Assembly: GCF_964355755.1 (NCBI RefSeq)
Contig: NC_092672.1
Span: 33,176,437 to 33,240,436, forward strand
Source: Antedon mediterranea
Taxonomy: Eukaryota; Animalia; Echinodermata
Length of the DNA stretch: 64,000 bases
Direction: 5' to 3'
Shown: positions 23,782 to 38,700 of the stretch, piece by piece
Numbering within the stretch: the first letter of the stretch is position 1
Layout: the number at the start of each line of letters is the position of its first letter
Made by a program: the position numbers and the translations under genes
Notes under the pieces: model-generated
Told to the model about the DNA's origin: nothing
Database searches by the model: none
What the model saw: only the letters and a program-made list of their open reading frames with translations

Positions 23782-26700
23782 TTACATCTTCAGGTTTCCG
23801 TCATCCCATTCTAATGGTGAGCCTTTAACTGGTTCCATTATTTCTTCCTCCTCTTCTGCCTCGGATTCATCACTATTATTTGCACTTTCATCTTCTTCAT
23901 CACTACTGTCTGTGTCTTCGATAGCCTGAGCATTCTCGGGCTAGAAAAAAAATAACATAAAATTTAATTTATTTCATACGCATCCAAAAGCGAGTAACTC
24001 GCCAATTACAGGAGGGATAAACTATTTTATTATTTATTATCATGCTTATATATATATATAAATCAATGATGTTGCGTAGCACTGTGTAAATTATATATAA
24101 ATCATACTGTAAATTATAGAAACAGTGCTCATATTCGGAACATGATCTCATAATCGCGTGTTGCAGGTTCGAATCCAGCCATAGACATTTTTTCATACAA
24201 CTAAAAAATACGGAACTTTCGCCAATGAGCTAGGAATTGAACCTGGGGCTGTTTCTTAAAAAAAAAAGAATTAATTTGAAAAAATGTCCACTACCAACCA
24301 TAGAATTTACCAACTAAACTAAACACAGTACTGTAGGCCTATAACAACTTACTCCATATTGTAGTAATAACAGTATGTAACATATATTGTTATCAGTGAC
24401 TAAAATATTAAAAGAGCTGACATATTAAAACCTCTTTAATATTTGACCTAATATTGCAGATAAGCCCATCTGGTTCCTATGTGCCCAGGGTTATTTTAAG
24501 TTTGAAGGCCTTTTGGGAAAACTAAAAAAGAATTGATATTAAAATAACAATGTTGATGGTTGTGTTGGAACAATGGTGTTACAGCAGCAACTTAACCTTG
24601 GTAAAAGGTCACTGTTATGTTCAAATGTTTGAACCAATAACAATTTATTAGTAAATTATTGAAAATTCTTAAAATTTGTTTATGAAAACCTTTTTAAAAC
24701 CGAGACCAGGTCATATTTAAAATCGGTTCTTTTTATATGTGGACAAGTTGGCAAGAAAAAAACTTTTAATAAATCTGTATACTCTTCTCTACTGTAGAAA
24801 CTGGCCCCTATTGTATCATACAGTTGGCAAATTATTACATTCAGTGTCACAGTGTAACCTCAACCAAAAAATACTTCCTCACCAGTTGTAACATGTGACC
24901 AACATATGATACTGTATCAAAGAACTTTCCTGAGATACACTCAACTAATTAATATAAGTATGGAGAATCAATGATTACTTACATCCATTGGGTTAATTGT
25001 TATATTTAATGACATATCATCCCATTCCATGTCGCTCTTCTCCTCACCGCCTGTGCGGTGAACCATGTAAATACGGAATAATCCAAGGAATACAACAAAT
25101 GCCAAGAAACCTACACAAACAACGATCAACACTGTCATAATGCCACCTGAAAGATAGAAACAAAATTAAAACATTATTATAACATTATTATTCATGTTAT
25201 TTGCATTATAATATAAAACTAATAGGTCATACAACAAATTGTGTCGCTTGCATACATAAAATAAAAACAATGAAAAGTAAAATTCTCTTGACAAAAGAAG
25301 TCAAATCTTTCTCGTACAACAGCAGCCGAATAGAAGTTTTTGTGGAACATATTTGTACTGAAGATAATGTACTGTTGATGTCTACTGTATAGAAACATAC
25401 AAATTCAGTAGAGGGATGGGTTGAATCCAGGGTTCTCATGTGGGAAGTGGTGGTGACCACGCCTCTAAAGCTTTGTCCTAAATCTATTGTGATAGGTGGT
25501 AGCATGCTCATTGTCTACGCAGTGAATAATTGTTATTTAACGGCTAACGCCCTACCACATGAAACAAAAAAAAATATTTTAACCAATAAAAAAGTGGTGG
25601 TGGTCAACAGTGTGGTACTGATGGTCATACATTTTTAGTGGTGGTCAGTGCCGACCACCACGGCAAAAACCCTGCTGTATCTTTTACAGTGAAAATTTTC
25701 TCCAAACAAGTAAAACAAATATAGTGTACAGAAACCTCAAAAACATAGACCATATTTTATATTGTAAAAGTTTTCTCTAATTTCTCCACGGTTCAACAAA
25801 ATTGTAGCATACAGTAGATGATTGTAATTTATTAAATTATTTACATTTCCATTCAGTTTCCTTTGCGTGTTCAAATATATAATTAACTTTTCTACAAACT
25901 TACCTTTATACAAATAAAAACCACTTAATTACTGTATAGACTATCATGTAACAATATTCTCTTTCTTTAAAGTAATGTAGTAAATATGACTGCAACTTTA
26001 GTAATAAATGATTACATTATTACCTTTAAATTTCCTTAGAGTATCTATAAACTTACCTTAGACAAATAAAAACAATTTAATTATGATGTTTAAACCAATA
26101 AACGACACTAACACAGAAATTTCCATGAAATACGGACAACAACAACCAGGATTATGCAAATGCACAATGAAGGTTTTTTTTATAGAGTGATCCAACACAT
26201 GTTTCACGGAAATATTGTTTTAATGGTTTTTTGTTGTTGAGTTAGCTACCATCAGAAATATATTTAGTACATAGTAAAGCTTTGTTGTTATTATGATCAA
26301 CCAATCAAAAGCGAGGCGATTTATTTACTAATGAATATTCATGATTTTGTAGATTATTTTTGAATTAGTTAATTAATTAATCATAAATAAAACATACCTG
26401 GGCATAGGAACAAATTAAATGCTTTGTTTAATAATTTTAGAAGAAGAAGAATGGTTATTTTTTACTAAATTGCATAATGAAAACAATACCATTCCCACCT
26501 AAAAGTGGGAAACCCGCCAATTAACAGGATGATGAATTTTTAATAAATTGCGGAAGTAGCATCAAGGAAGGAAAACCAATCATAATTTGTACTTGCAAAA
26601 TGATTTTTACAAAACGTTTCTATCCACCAAAGGCGGACACAGAACAAAAGCCGAGCTGGTTCTGACTCCGCCATTTACAAGATCCTGGATCTACACATCC

Positions 26701-29700
26701 ACCCTATGGTAGATCTAGATCTAGTTCTGGCTATTCTTTTCCCAAAATCTCGGGGCCACAAGTCCCTATAGATGCAGAACAAGAGGTGAGCTGGCTCCTC
26801 CATTCCTAACGCACTGAATCCACCCCAATGGAAGATACAATACAAGACCGAGTTGAATTAGTTCTGGCTCCTCCCTTCCACTAGACCCGTCCTAATGGTG
26901 AACAGGGAACAAGATGTGCTAGCTCAGGCTCCTCCTTTCCTAACACCCTGGAGCCACCCCAATAGGGGATACAAAACAAGAGTTGAGCTGGTTCCGCTTA
27001 CCAAATATGGTGATCAAAAAATACCTTTAGTATACAACTCCACGATGAAATGCAATGTTTCTATCACAAAATCATCAAATAGGACCTAATAAATAATGAA
27101 AAGTAAACAGTGTACATACTTATTTCCGTCAGTGAGTACATTATTTCCAAAATTGGATTTACTTATTCCACAATAGATAGCTTAACTTCCCACTTGGAAT
27201 ACTGTCTCTGAACAGAGATACCAGCTGAGGCTATTGAAAGCTTTACTTTGTAGTGATACGCAAAGAGACAAAAGATGTTTAAACCAACACACAAAGACTT
27301 TCAAAGTGGCCAGACAAAGATGATCAAGAACAATATAAACTATATCTTAAATGCTACTTTTGTTAATGCAAGATACGATTGTAATAGACCATTAAACTCG
27401 TAAGTGGAAAAGACAAAGAATTGTTGAGTAACATAATATTGTTTTAGGGTGGCCAGGCAGTAAGTAAAAACAGTATAACAAAGAATACAATGATAAATAA
27501 TAGGCCTAGATGAAATTGAAGAACAATAGAGGCAAGTTGAACAATAAAGCTTGATGTAACCAGGGAGATGAAGATCAATAAAAGCACATGGGTAAATACA
27601 GATTTAGTTATACAGTGGCAAAAACTCCACACAGTAGCAGAAACTCAACACAGTGGCAGAAACATCACACAGTGGCAGAAACACCACACAGTGGTAGAAA
27701 CTCAACACAGTGGCAGAAACACCACACAGTGGCAGAAACACCACACAGTGGCAGGAACACCACATAGTGGCAGAAACACCACACAGTGGCAGAAACACCA
27801 CACAGTGGCAGAAACACCACACAGTGGCAGGAACACCACATAGTGGCAGAAACACCACACAGTGGCAGAAACTCCACACAATTGCTACCCCAACTACTCA
27901 GCAAAAGAACATAAATCTCAATTTAGAAATCCGAACAGTAAAATGTCCACTGGTAAGATTCGAACCTGTGACTTCTTACTTAAAGGGCGAGCACTTCAAC
28001 CTCTAGACCACAGAACATCCTGATAGCATGGTAAAATAAACCCAATTGTAACTCCACATACAGCATTGTTTGTCTATTATCATTTCTAATAAAGTATCAA
28101 ATGTACATCACATGTGGCACCTTACGTTTCAATTAGATAAGCTTTATGGCCTATGTTACAAGCGTCACATGTGACACATATGTGACACTGTATTTCAGTA
28201 TTTGCCTAGATATGGACAAATTATAGATACAGTATAAGGAATCAGCAACAGCTTAACAACACATTTCTATCACATGAAGTGAAAGTATATTGTACTATAT
28301 AGTTTAGTAACTGGAATTTCTAATTACTCTTTTCATGTATAGAGTGAAACTGAAATCTCATCATGTTGGATTTTAAACAGAATAAAAATTACTGTAGCGT
28401 GCAGTCTGTTAGCTAGAGACTAAATTAGAATTTTCCAAAAATTAATTTGACATATGAGAAGTTTTCCACAACAAGGACTTATCTTTATCCTCTTGTCATA
28501 AGTTTATAATATTTATAAACAGAATTGATCTGATATCGACTCTTACAACATCATATCATTCATTATTCCTCTATCATTAGTATTATAAACATACAGATTG
28601 TACAAATGTACATGTTATTAATATTATTTATCATGTGACATTACTAAATTAATTTGACATATAAGAAGTTTTTCACAACAAGACTTACCTTTATCCTCTT
28701 GTCATAAGTTTATAATGTATAAACAGAATTGATCTGATATCGACTCTTACAACATCATATCATTCATTATTCCTCTATCATTAGTATATAAACATACAGA
28801 TTGTACAAATGTACATGTTATTAATATTATTTATCATGTGACATATTACTAATGCGTCATAAACAGCCTAAACTCTGTCTCGTGTTGACATTTAGTATTT
28901 GTAATGAATAATAATATAATAATCTTCACAGGGTTCATATAGATTCTGTATCTCAACTATATATAAACAAACGAAATGATAAAACTAACCAAAAATAAAT
29001 TAAAAACTCGTCACTGAAGAAATATTTTGTTTTCATTTGAAAAAAAATTTAAATGATCTGTATTAAATGGATTTTTTGTTTACAATGTTGAAAACATTTC
29101 AAACTTACTTTGTATAAATTATAAATAAACCACCAGGTATAAATTCTACAACCAGAAAATCTTTTTCTTTTAAGTTAAGAAACAATGGATACTGACTCAC
29201 ATCCAGTGCCTATGAACTGATCAAAAATTGTAGTAGATCGGTAATAAAAATGAATAATTAAACCAAAAAAAAATATTTCCTGAACTTGCGTCATGGTTAT
29301 TTTGTAATATTAAAACTTTGAAACTATCGTTTTGTTAAACTCATTAATACTAATTATTAATCTAGTGTACCACTACCATAGAGGAATCGGGTTTATTTAT
29401 CCACGATTCTAACTACTAAATTAACCTTTCATTCATTCTTAGTGCGTCACATTTCTATGCCTAAAAGCTAGGACACTTCAGCAGCTGTGGATGCTGTGTT
29501 CTATTTGCTTGCGTGTCAAAAGAACTTTAAAAAGTTTACTCAAATAAAACTTTAAATCCACTATGAAAATCATAAAAGAAACATGTAAGCTATTAAAGTA
29601 ATACTACCTTGTTCTTAATACTTGTTCCTATTAGAAAAAATCTTGTAAATTTTTATCCAATTTGATTAAAAACTGCTATAAAATTATCCAAACACGTTTA

Positions 29701-32700
29701 AGAACTGCAAACGATGAAGTTTTCTATTGTTAAACAGGAAGAGATGTAGGTTGGCAGAAGGGGAAATGATATGAGCTTGTTGAGAGTGTAATACAACTGT
29801 GACGAATAGGATGTGATGTCATCCATAGACTTCTTAGTTTAGAAATGGTTTAAATGAGACCGTATGTCTGTACTAGCTACTGTATAACTCAGGAAAACCC
29901 ACTGAGAAAGATTACCAAACCAAGATTTACTGGAACGACACTTATAAGCCTATACAGAGAAACAGATCAGACAAAATATGAAAAATCCATTTTTTTTATG
30001 TCGACAAAGAATCACAACATTATAAAAAAAGCATGGCATCCATATTTTGAAAGATTCGTTCAATTAATTCTAGACAAACACATTTTCTAAAAAATGTGAT
30101 TGGCTTTCTAAATTCTGCATCTATATTCTAGTACTAAATCTATTTATAGAAATTTATAAGATACATTTTTGTATGGAAAAGCCCAATTATTTATACAGAA
30201 CATTAATTGTCGATTTATTTATTATTCCCATTTTTTTACACAATTTTATCAACCATCTTTATCAATTATTTTTGTTGTTGAATGATTTTCTTTAATTTAA
30301 AATAATTATAATTCTGATTTTAAGTAATTAATAGAATGAACAAAAATTATTGAATAGAATTTTAAAGTCACATCCTAGGACAAGCTACGTCCAGGCCACA
30401 AATATATTTGCATTGCGCAAGGTCGTTTTTAGGTCACGGTGAAACAGCGAGATAATGAACCTGGAAACTGTCGTGCTCTATCGGTTTGACGTGACTCACC
30501 AATATAGGATGAGGTGATGTAACGCTTAGCAAATTAAAGCGCTATTATATCAGGGAGGCTTTAAAGGGGATTGTTTTTATTTGGTAAAATTTATTTCAAA
30601 TAAGCAAAATAAAAGAGATTGTTATATGATAAAATGTAAACAATCTCTTAAATATATATTTCAAATAAGCAATATAAAGATAAGGTTATATGTAAACAAT
30701 CTCTAAAAATAAATTTATATATAAAAACAAAATAAATTATTAAATTAATAGGACCAGAACAAATTCTAAACCCAAAAAATTAATTAATTTAGAAATGATA
30801 AAGATGAGAAAATCTGTGAGAAAGCCACCCCTTTGAAAAAGGCAACATTTTATGATCAAAATTATTGTAATAAAATTGTAAACAAATATTGTAAACATTT
30901 TAAATTTTGATAATTGTAACTTCCAATTTTAAGAGTACTTCATCAAACTCAGGATAGAGGTTGTTTAAGAATCTAGTATCTATTCAAGTTTGAAGTATTC
31001 ATCATTACTTAACTGATTATCTTGAAGTTATAACATTTTTTGTACATTTGTAAAAAGTAGAGTGTGAATCTATCGATGACTAAGGGAAAATAAATTGAAA
31101 CGTTACTGAACCGAACAGATAACGGATGACACGATCAGATAGCTCAAGGGAAGAAAACACATGGCAACTATTGTGCATCGAGAACAAAAGAAACAAAATG
31201 GAAAATAAATTAAAACATATGTAAATACAGATAAAGTTACATTATTCAATATTGGATACGAGAGAAATATTACCTTATAGTTATCACAGTATATTGTAGG
31301 TTTTCCTTCATTTAATCAAATTTAATATTTCATTTCCCATTTTCATCAAATGCACAGGTGTCAATATTTAAACAAGCTGAACCAGTTGCTGGTTATAACA
31401 AGGCGTTTAACAACAGGATACTAAGCTCCAGAGATCAAAGGGTTTATCTGTGGCTGCAACATGATCAGTCCCACGCCCCTTACGCAGCGGAGGATATGAA
31501 CATAGTACAGTACTGTTGGTATTTGTCGCAGCCATACATAAGATCAAAGGACTGTTACGCGTTCCTATCTTGGCAAGGCAAGCTCAGTATCCTGTAACAG
31601 ATTGCCTTGGTTATAAGAACTTTTAACAAAAATCGTACCTCCCTATCAAGGTTGGATGTAATAAGTAAAATATCTAACTGTAATTTAGCCTTTGTATTCA
31701 TGCTCACTAGTGACAGAATTGTTTGTACTGAAAACTATTATTTATATCACGTACAAACAACAACATTGTGTACTATATATAATAATAAACATAACATATA
31801 AAAAAATAAGTGCGAGTGTTGGGAGAAGAGTGAAAAAGTGAAAAGTTTGCCTGAGACCTGATGACAAAAACATTTAGTATGTATTTTACTTGTAGTTTTA
31901 AAAATCTTGGTTTGCTATTGTATTAGGCACAAGCAAACGTGTACTTACCAGAGCTACTTCCTGTGGCATTGTATTTCTTTGTTAATTTCTGCGAGAGATC
32001 TCCCTGCGTCTTGCCCGCAGCTTTGAACATGTGTTCCTTGTGTTTCAGCATCTGCGCAGGTAGCTTAGGCCCCTGTAGGTTTTGTCTACTTAATTTCGTC
32101 ACTATTTTCGGCAGCGGGTTCTTGGATAATTTTTTATGAAGAATTGTCAACTAAAAAAGAGAAAATAAAGTATTAATTATTGTGTTTAATTGAGATTAAT
32201 TGCGAGCTTTTGGGTTTGCAAAGTATGACCTATGACCTACGCATTTTGTTGGTCTCTTATTAAACAATAGAAAAACAAAATTGTTACACAGCACAATTTC
32301 AAAACCTTAAAATATTTGATTTCGATTGAGATAAAATCTAAAGCTCTTTCAACACTATTAAATTAGTTTGATGTGTAATGTGCCCAAATATGGTAGTGAT
32401 ATGACATCATCATGTCCATATATGGGCACATCACATTTTATCACATAAGGTTTGATAAGGTAGACAAGACTTTAGACCAAAACCAAGTTTATTTTAACTT
32501 ATTCAAAAAATGATTAAAAAAATAAATTGTTTCAACTGCATCATTTGGATTTAATGTATATTTTGTAACGAGAACTACTTTAAGTACAGTAAATAGATGA
32601 AGCAATAATACGATATAGTCTGTGTGCTTCGGTTCATTCAACCTTGGCAATGAAACTAATCATCTTGGTGGTCACGCCGTTGTGAACAACTCACAATATA

Positions 32701-35700
32701 TTCAATTCGACTTGGAAACTGATTATATATACATCTATTTTTTAATGTTTGTAAGATGATATTGTTGGTGTTTATATCAAAGGCGTCAATATACGCTAGC
32801 CAACAAATGTGCTTCAATTACATAGGAATTCAATGATGTGTCTTCATAGTAAAAGATATTTAATTACAATATATCAGTATTTTAATATTCTTAATATTAG
32901 AATGGATTATTATTTTTAGAAATATTTTAATTTTACATACAGAAAAGTCTGTTGCAAATACTTAAAACAAAAAAAATTGAAATTATTGAATTCATTTTTT
33001 AAAAATGTTTATGTTGAATGGTTTGAAAAATCTGGTTATGAAAACATCATATGTGTAGTGTATAACAATCATTTTAGACATTGTGTAGATATGTGAAACA
33101 CTCTTTATATTACTGTATTGACGGAAATAATTAAAGAAGGTGGTTCACACACGAAAAAAAAAAAAAGATATTAGTGAATTAACGTACCTGAACCATATAT
33201 TCATTACTGACGTAGCGTCCGTTAAGCTCTGTGCATCGAACCGTAAAGATTCTGTAATCATGGCCCTTATCGTTTGTGTAAACAACGTCATGTAGTACCT
33301 CTTCATAATTCTCAATACTTTGGATACCTGAAATGAATTTTTAAATCGATGTTAAAATAATAATAATGATGATGATGATGATAATGAAAGAAAATAATTT
33401 GTTAATGATGAAAATAAATGATAGTGGTAGTCATGATATAGCAACCTCTCTGGACTTAATAATTTGTATAGTATTACAAACATTCTGTGATACAGTATCA
33501 CATACAATCTTAGAATAATACAGGCACCACATGCGATACATGTAACACTGTATTACAGAAATTGCCTTGATACTGGATATAATGCCATATGTGGAGATAC
33601 AGTTCAGAGAATTGGGTGAATGATGGTGAGGGGGATGTTGATATGATGGTGAGATGACAGTATATGATTATAACATTCATGAAACCTTATCGCATACCTT
33701 TAACAATAAGACCATTTGCTGAGCTGATGACCCTCAGGTTGAACTGGTCTAGCAGCTCATTTGAGATGGTGAGCGATTCATGCTCCGACAACATGAGTGA
33801 ATCGGTTACAACTGAGCAGGAATCCAGTTTCTGAGCAACATCTACTGGGTCTAATTCCTCACCAGCTGAAACGAATTAAACAATACATGAGAATTAATTT
33901 ACAATTCATTTGATACATTTTCTAAAATATATTTAAGTTCTGCATAGTAGTATATTTTTTTTCAGTATGTTCTGTTCTGTTTCTTGGACCGCACCACATA
34001 TTGTGAGTGCCACCAATTCAAAGGTGCAGGTCAACAAATAAATAAATGTAAAGAAAAATTAGACTAGACTCATTCAATTCATTTTTATTTCCATTCATTC
34101 AATTTTACAAACAACAGACATAGATTTAAAAAAAAAAAGAAAACAATATTAACTGAGGATGACCCAAAAAACTAATTTCCATTGCGGTCCAGTTTACACA
34201 TTTTAAAAAGGTGTGCACTTTAAAAGAACCCAGTGCATCTTTCAGGAGGTTAGGGGGTTAACCTAGTGTATCTTTCAGAAGGTTAGGGGGTTAACCTAGT
34301 TTATCTTTCAGAAGGTTAGGGGGTTAACCTAGTGTATCTATCAGAAGGTTAGGGGGTTAACCTAGTGTATCTTTCAGAAGATTAGGGGTTAACCTAGTGT
34401 ATCTTTCAGAAGGTTAGGGGGTTAACCTAGTGTATCTTTCAGAAGGTTAAGGAATTACCCTAGTGTATCTTTCCGAATGTTAGAGAGTTACCATAGTGTA
34501 TTTTTCAGAAGGTTAGAGGGCTACCCAATTCAGATTCGTTATTCCACCACATTTTAAAGGCTTCATATAGATACTTACTTTCTTCATCAATTTCAGCAGT
34601 TTCCTGCAACTCAGTGACAATGCTGATGTCACCAAGTGGCAGGATGCCTGTTAAGAGATCAGACGCCATGCGGGCAATGTGGTTCGATCCGCTGATATCA
34701 ATAGTTGGCTCAGACGGACGCACAACCATGATGTACGACTGCAATTTGCGGATGTTTATTGGCTGACTGTCGCAACTAAAAAATAATAAATATAAAATTA
34801 TTTTTCCTTTTTATTTTAAAATTAAATACTATTCTTAGTGTCTTAGCCTTTTTAATTAAAATTGTATTTATGAGAAGGAGGGGGGGGGGGAGGTGGGAGG
34901 GGTGGCTGCTTTGATGGAGACCTATTATTCTGAAATATATTTTGAAATAGTTGTTTACTTAATGACAATTGTTACAGCCAGAATTTCCAATACATTAAGT
35001 ATTTTGTGATACAGTTAAATCTCCAGTCTTGGCACATTAACCTAATAGACAGTACATTCAACTACTAAACAGTGTATTTAAATTAGCAACTTGCACATTA
35101 AGAGCAATAAATGAAAATACTTTTTATCCAACTTCAATGTTTTGTGTAATTAAGAATAACAGAATGCTTGTTGGAACAAGAAAGTCACATTTTTATGGAG
35201 TGTATTTTTAATTTTAAGGGATCATGTCAACAAATACTTACTGCAGTTAATAAAAAAATGTGGGAAAGATGGGAAATGCAGTAGAACCCTTATAAAAGGG
35301 ACCTTTGGGATCCAACAAAAAGTACCCTAAATATAGGTTGGCTGTATATAAAAATATATTTTGATTTTTTTACAGTAAATTGTGCTTTTAATAGGGTTTA
35401 CAAAGGTGGGAAAGGGGGTAAGTTTAAGGTTAGGGTTAGGAGAGCTTGGGCTCTTATGTCAACCAATATAATCATATATTTTTGTTATTCTTTCATATAT
35501 TCTTATTACTTCATTTTAATTATTACTCATGAATTGTTACTTTTATTTCATATTTAACTTACGTAGCCTTGACGGTGACGGTCAACGGCCTTTGACCTGG
35601 AGTTGGGTACTGTCTCTCGTTGATGTAGCCAATTTGTTGCATGGTGTATGAGAGTGAGCTTTCATCAAGAGGTCCCTGATAAAATATGAGAAAAAAAAAA

Positions 35701-38700
35701 TTAAATTAAAGAGGAACAACTTTAATTTTTAGGAAAAATGCAGGGGGAAGGGGAAAAATATAGGAGGAGGAAAAATATATAGGAAAGAATATAGAAAAGG
35801 AAGTAGAAAGGAAATAATGGAGAGAACAAGAAGGAAAAAAGGAAGGAAAAAGAAAAGGAAGAGAAAAAAACAAAGAAAGAAAGAAAAATAATAGAAAGAA
35901 GGAAGAAGGAAAGAAATAATGAGAAAACAAGAAGGAAAGGGAGGAAGGAAGAAGGATAAAGCAAAGGAAGGAAGAAGGATAAAGAAGAAAGAAGGAAAAT
36001 TAAAAAGAAGGAAAAGGAAAAGGGAGAAGGAAAAAGAAAAGGGAGAAGAAAAAGGAAAAAGAAGAAGGAAAAGGAAGAAATAATGGAGAAGACAAGAAGG
36101 AAAAACAAAAGGAAGAAATAAAAAGGAAAGTAAAAAGAAGAAAAGACAAAACAAAACTTATTGAATGATGAGGAGACTGAGAAGGATGGAGAGACAAACA
36201 AGAAGAAGGAAGAGCAGAAGAAGATTGGTACAAAATAGATACAAACCGTAATGGTAATACGATTGCCAGCCTTGTTAACATTGACTTGATGTACAGGAAC
36301 AGTATCCTTATTGATAGTCAGCTTCTCTTTGCAGGCCACTATGCAGGTGATAACCTCCTTTGATTCTGTCTTGCCTGGTAAAATCGCAAGTCCAGTTAAG
36401 TAGCCATTGAAATGGTCAATGTATTGTCTGAAACCACCTGGTGAACAAAAAATATAATTGGAATATTAAAGCAAAAATAGTAAATACTTTGATGTATTAT
36501 TCTTCTAATTTTAGGGCAAATTGCAAATAGGCCATTTTACACAAGTGGTAACGGTAAGTGGGAATAGGTAAGCGGAAAATAAAAACATTGGATCTATGTT
36601 ATTTCTTATGACCATTCACATGGAAGATAGATACAGATTCTATGTGGGTCAACTGAACAGTTTTCCGCCTACCTTTACCGCTTGTAAATTGGCCTCAGTC
36701 AGTTATTAAAAGATTTTTTGAGCGAAGTTGTTCTTTGTGAGATAAAAGCCAGACAACTGGCATGATTTGAACAAAGAACTCTGGTAACTAGCATCTCACC
36801 AACAAAGGTAAAATTCCTTTACAACAATTAGGAATGTTTGTTTTATCCCGAATAATTTCCACTTGGAATTAAATGCTGTCAATATCGGTTTTAAACTCGC
36901 ATTATAATTTTGAAATTACAGTGAAGTTGTAAAGGTTTACTTTGGAAACTGCTTTCATGTCAATCTAAGCAAAAAAAAACTAATCATTTATATTGTCTTA
37001 TTTTCACAAGGGAAAGTACACCACGACGGAACAAGGTTATTATTTCGCATTGACTAATGAAAATGTATTTTTATAACGTGACCCAATTCTTTAACAACAA
37101 TGCACCATTTTGTAAAAGTAGGTAAATGACTGGATATACAGTTACATTGAACGCAAAATAATGAAACTAGTTCAAGTTGCTATGAAATTGAGAATGAATA
37201 TATACGACGCTAAGGTTATTAAAGTATAGAATTAATGATCAAACAACACAATATTATCAAAGTCGTTTGTCGTTTTTATATAATACCAAAGTCGTTTGTA
37301 ATGAGGTTGGAGTCATAATATCGGTGTTTACAAGATGCCAGGGGCTTTACAGGGCATTGTAGTGTCAGATTTTAACTACGTACAGCTGTCATTTCATACG
37401 GCAACTAAGACTTGGAGACCTGGAAGCAAACAATTACGGATAATGTCTATTGAAATTTCTCTTTATGATTGTTTACTAGACATTGCTTAGCAACAATGAC
37501 ACAATAAATATTCTTTATGAACATTGGATATAAATGCAACACACTTTTGAATAATTAGTTACATATTATTTTCCAGTCTTCGAAGTTACTGCAACAATTC
37601 ACTGTTGTTACTGCAGTTGTTGTAATCTTACCTTCCCAAGCTGCAGCAACTGTAAGTGTGGACGCATACGCGGTAGGGTGAAGTGGCCGGTCATTCATCA
37701 CATGATGGGCTTCGTAGTGGTGACCATCAACGTACAATTTGACCTGGTAAAAAAAATAAATACATTTTTCAGAAATGTTAATCATTGTTGTTTTTCAGTA
37801 ATTTTCATTTGGGTTTATAAATTTGAGGCATAAAATATTTTTAAACATTTTAACTTAAATTCAACATAAATTATTGTCTTAATAAATTTCAATGATGACA
37901 AATTGAAAGCAACAATGCCATTTAAAACATAGCTAGCTTGTTAGGAACATCAATAAGTTTCACTTTCATTTCTTTCTTGCATAGATTGTCAATTAATTTA
38001 AATCTGTTCTGTGATTTACATTCATAATCAATTTAAACATGTCTTATTAAGATTGTTTAGTCTGTATGCTTATATTTTTAAGGAATATTGGTTTAACGCA
38101 TATTTAAAATAACGTACTTGTGGGTAGTTAACATTGACAACATAGTGATGCCATTCTTTGTCGCAAACCTCGGTCAACTTCCAGCGCCATTCAGCTGGCG
38201 TGTAATCGGTGTTGTCATCGCCTTGACGACGTAACAACAAAACAAGTCGGCAGTTGTGGATGTAGAGCGAAAGGTGGTGACGATTCATACCTGAAAAAGA
38301 GAGTTTATTATTATCAGTAACTTAACAATTTATTTATAATAAAACAAATAAAAATATTTTGTAATGTTTAATTATCCAATTCAACAACATACTAATATAA
38401 TAATTAATTATTATTATAAAAAGTGGTTACAAAAATATTATGTATTATTGATAATATTTTCATTTTATGATTAGTACAAATATTATCAACTACAGTACAA
38501 TTAATGCATCTTTTATACTATATTGTACTATAACTATGAAGGCTGCAGTTAATAATATGTTAGTATGATATTCCATAACAATTATGTTATTTCTTTTTCC
38601 ATTCTGTTCACATTGTCTTTGAATGTTGCCAACTTCAAACAGAGATAAAATGGAGAAATAAAAACTTATTTATAAGCCTATTTCATGTGATATGGACTAA

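Noticed and set aside
27110-27260. Possible alternative calsyntenin exon
   Set aside because: The acceptor/donor combinations tried give stops or incompatible phases.
27568-28006. Repetitive ORFs / CRISPR-like array
   Set aside because: Head-to-tail 19-bp minisatellite without unique spacers, in a eukaryotic intron.
30500-30545. Strong GTGAGT donor on the minus strand as a microexon
   Set aside because: Nearest acceptors give a 25-nt frameshifting exon or an in-frame stop.
35706-36281. Long Phe/Leu/Ser-rich membrane-protein-like ORFs
   Set aside because: Translation of a polypyrimidine low-complexity intron.
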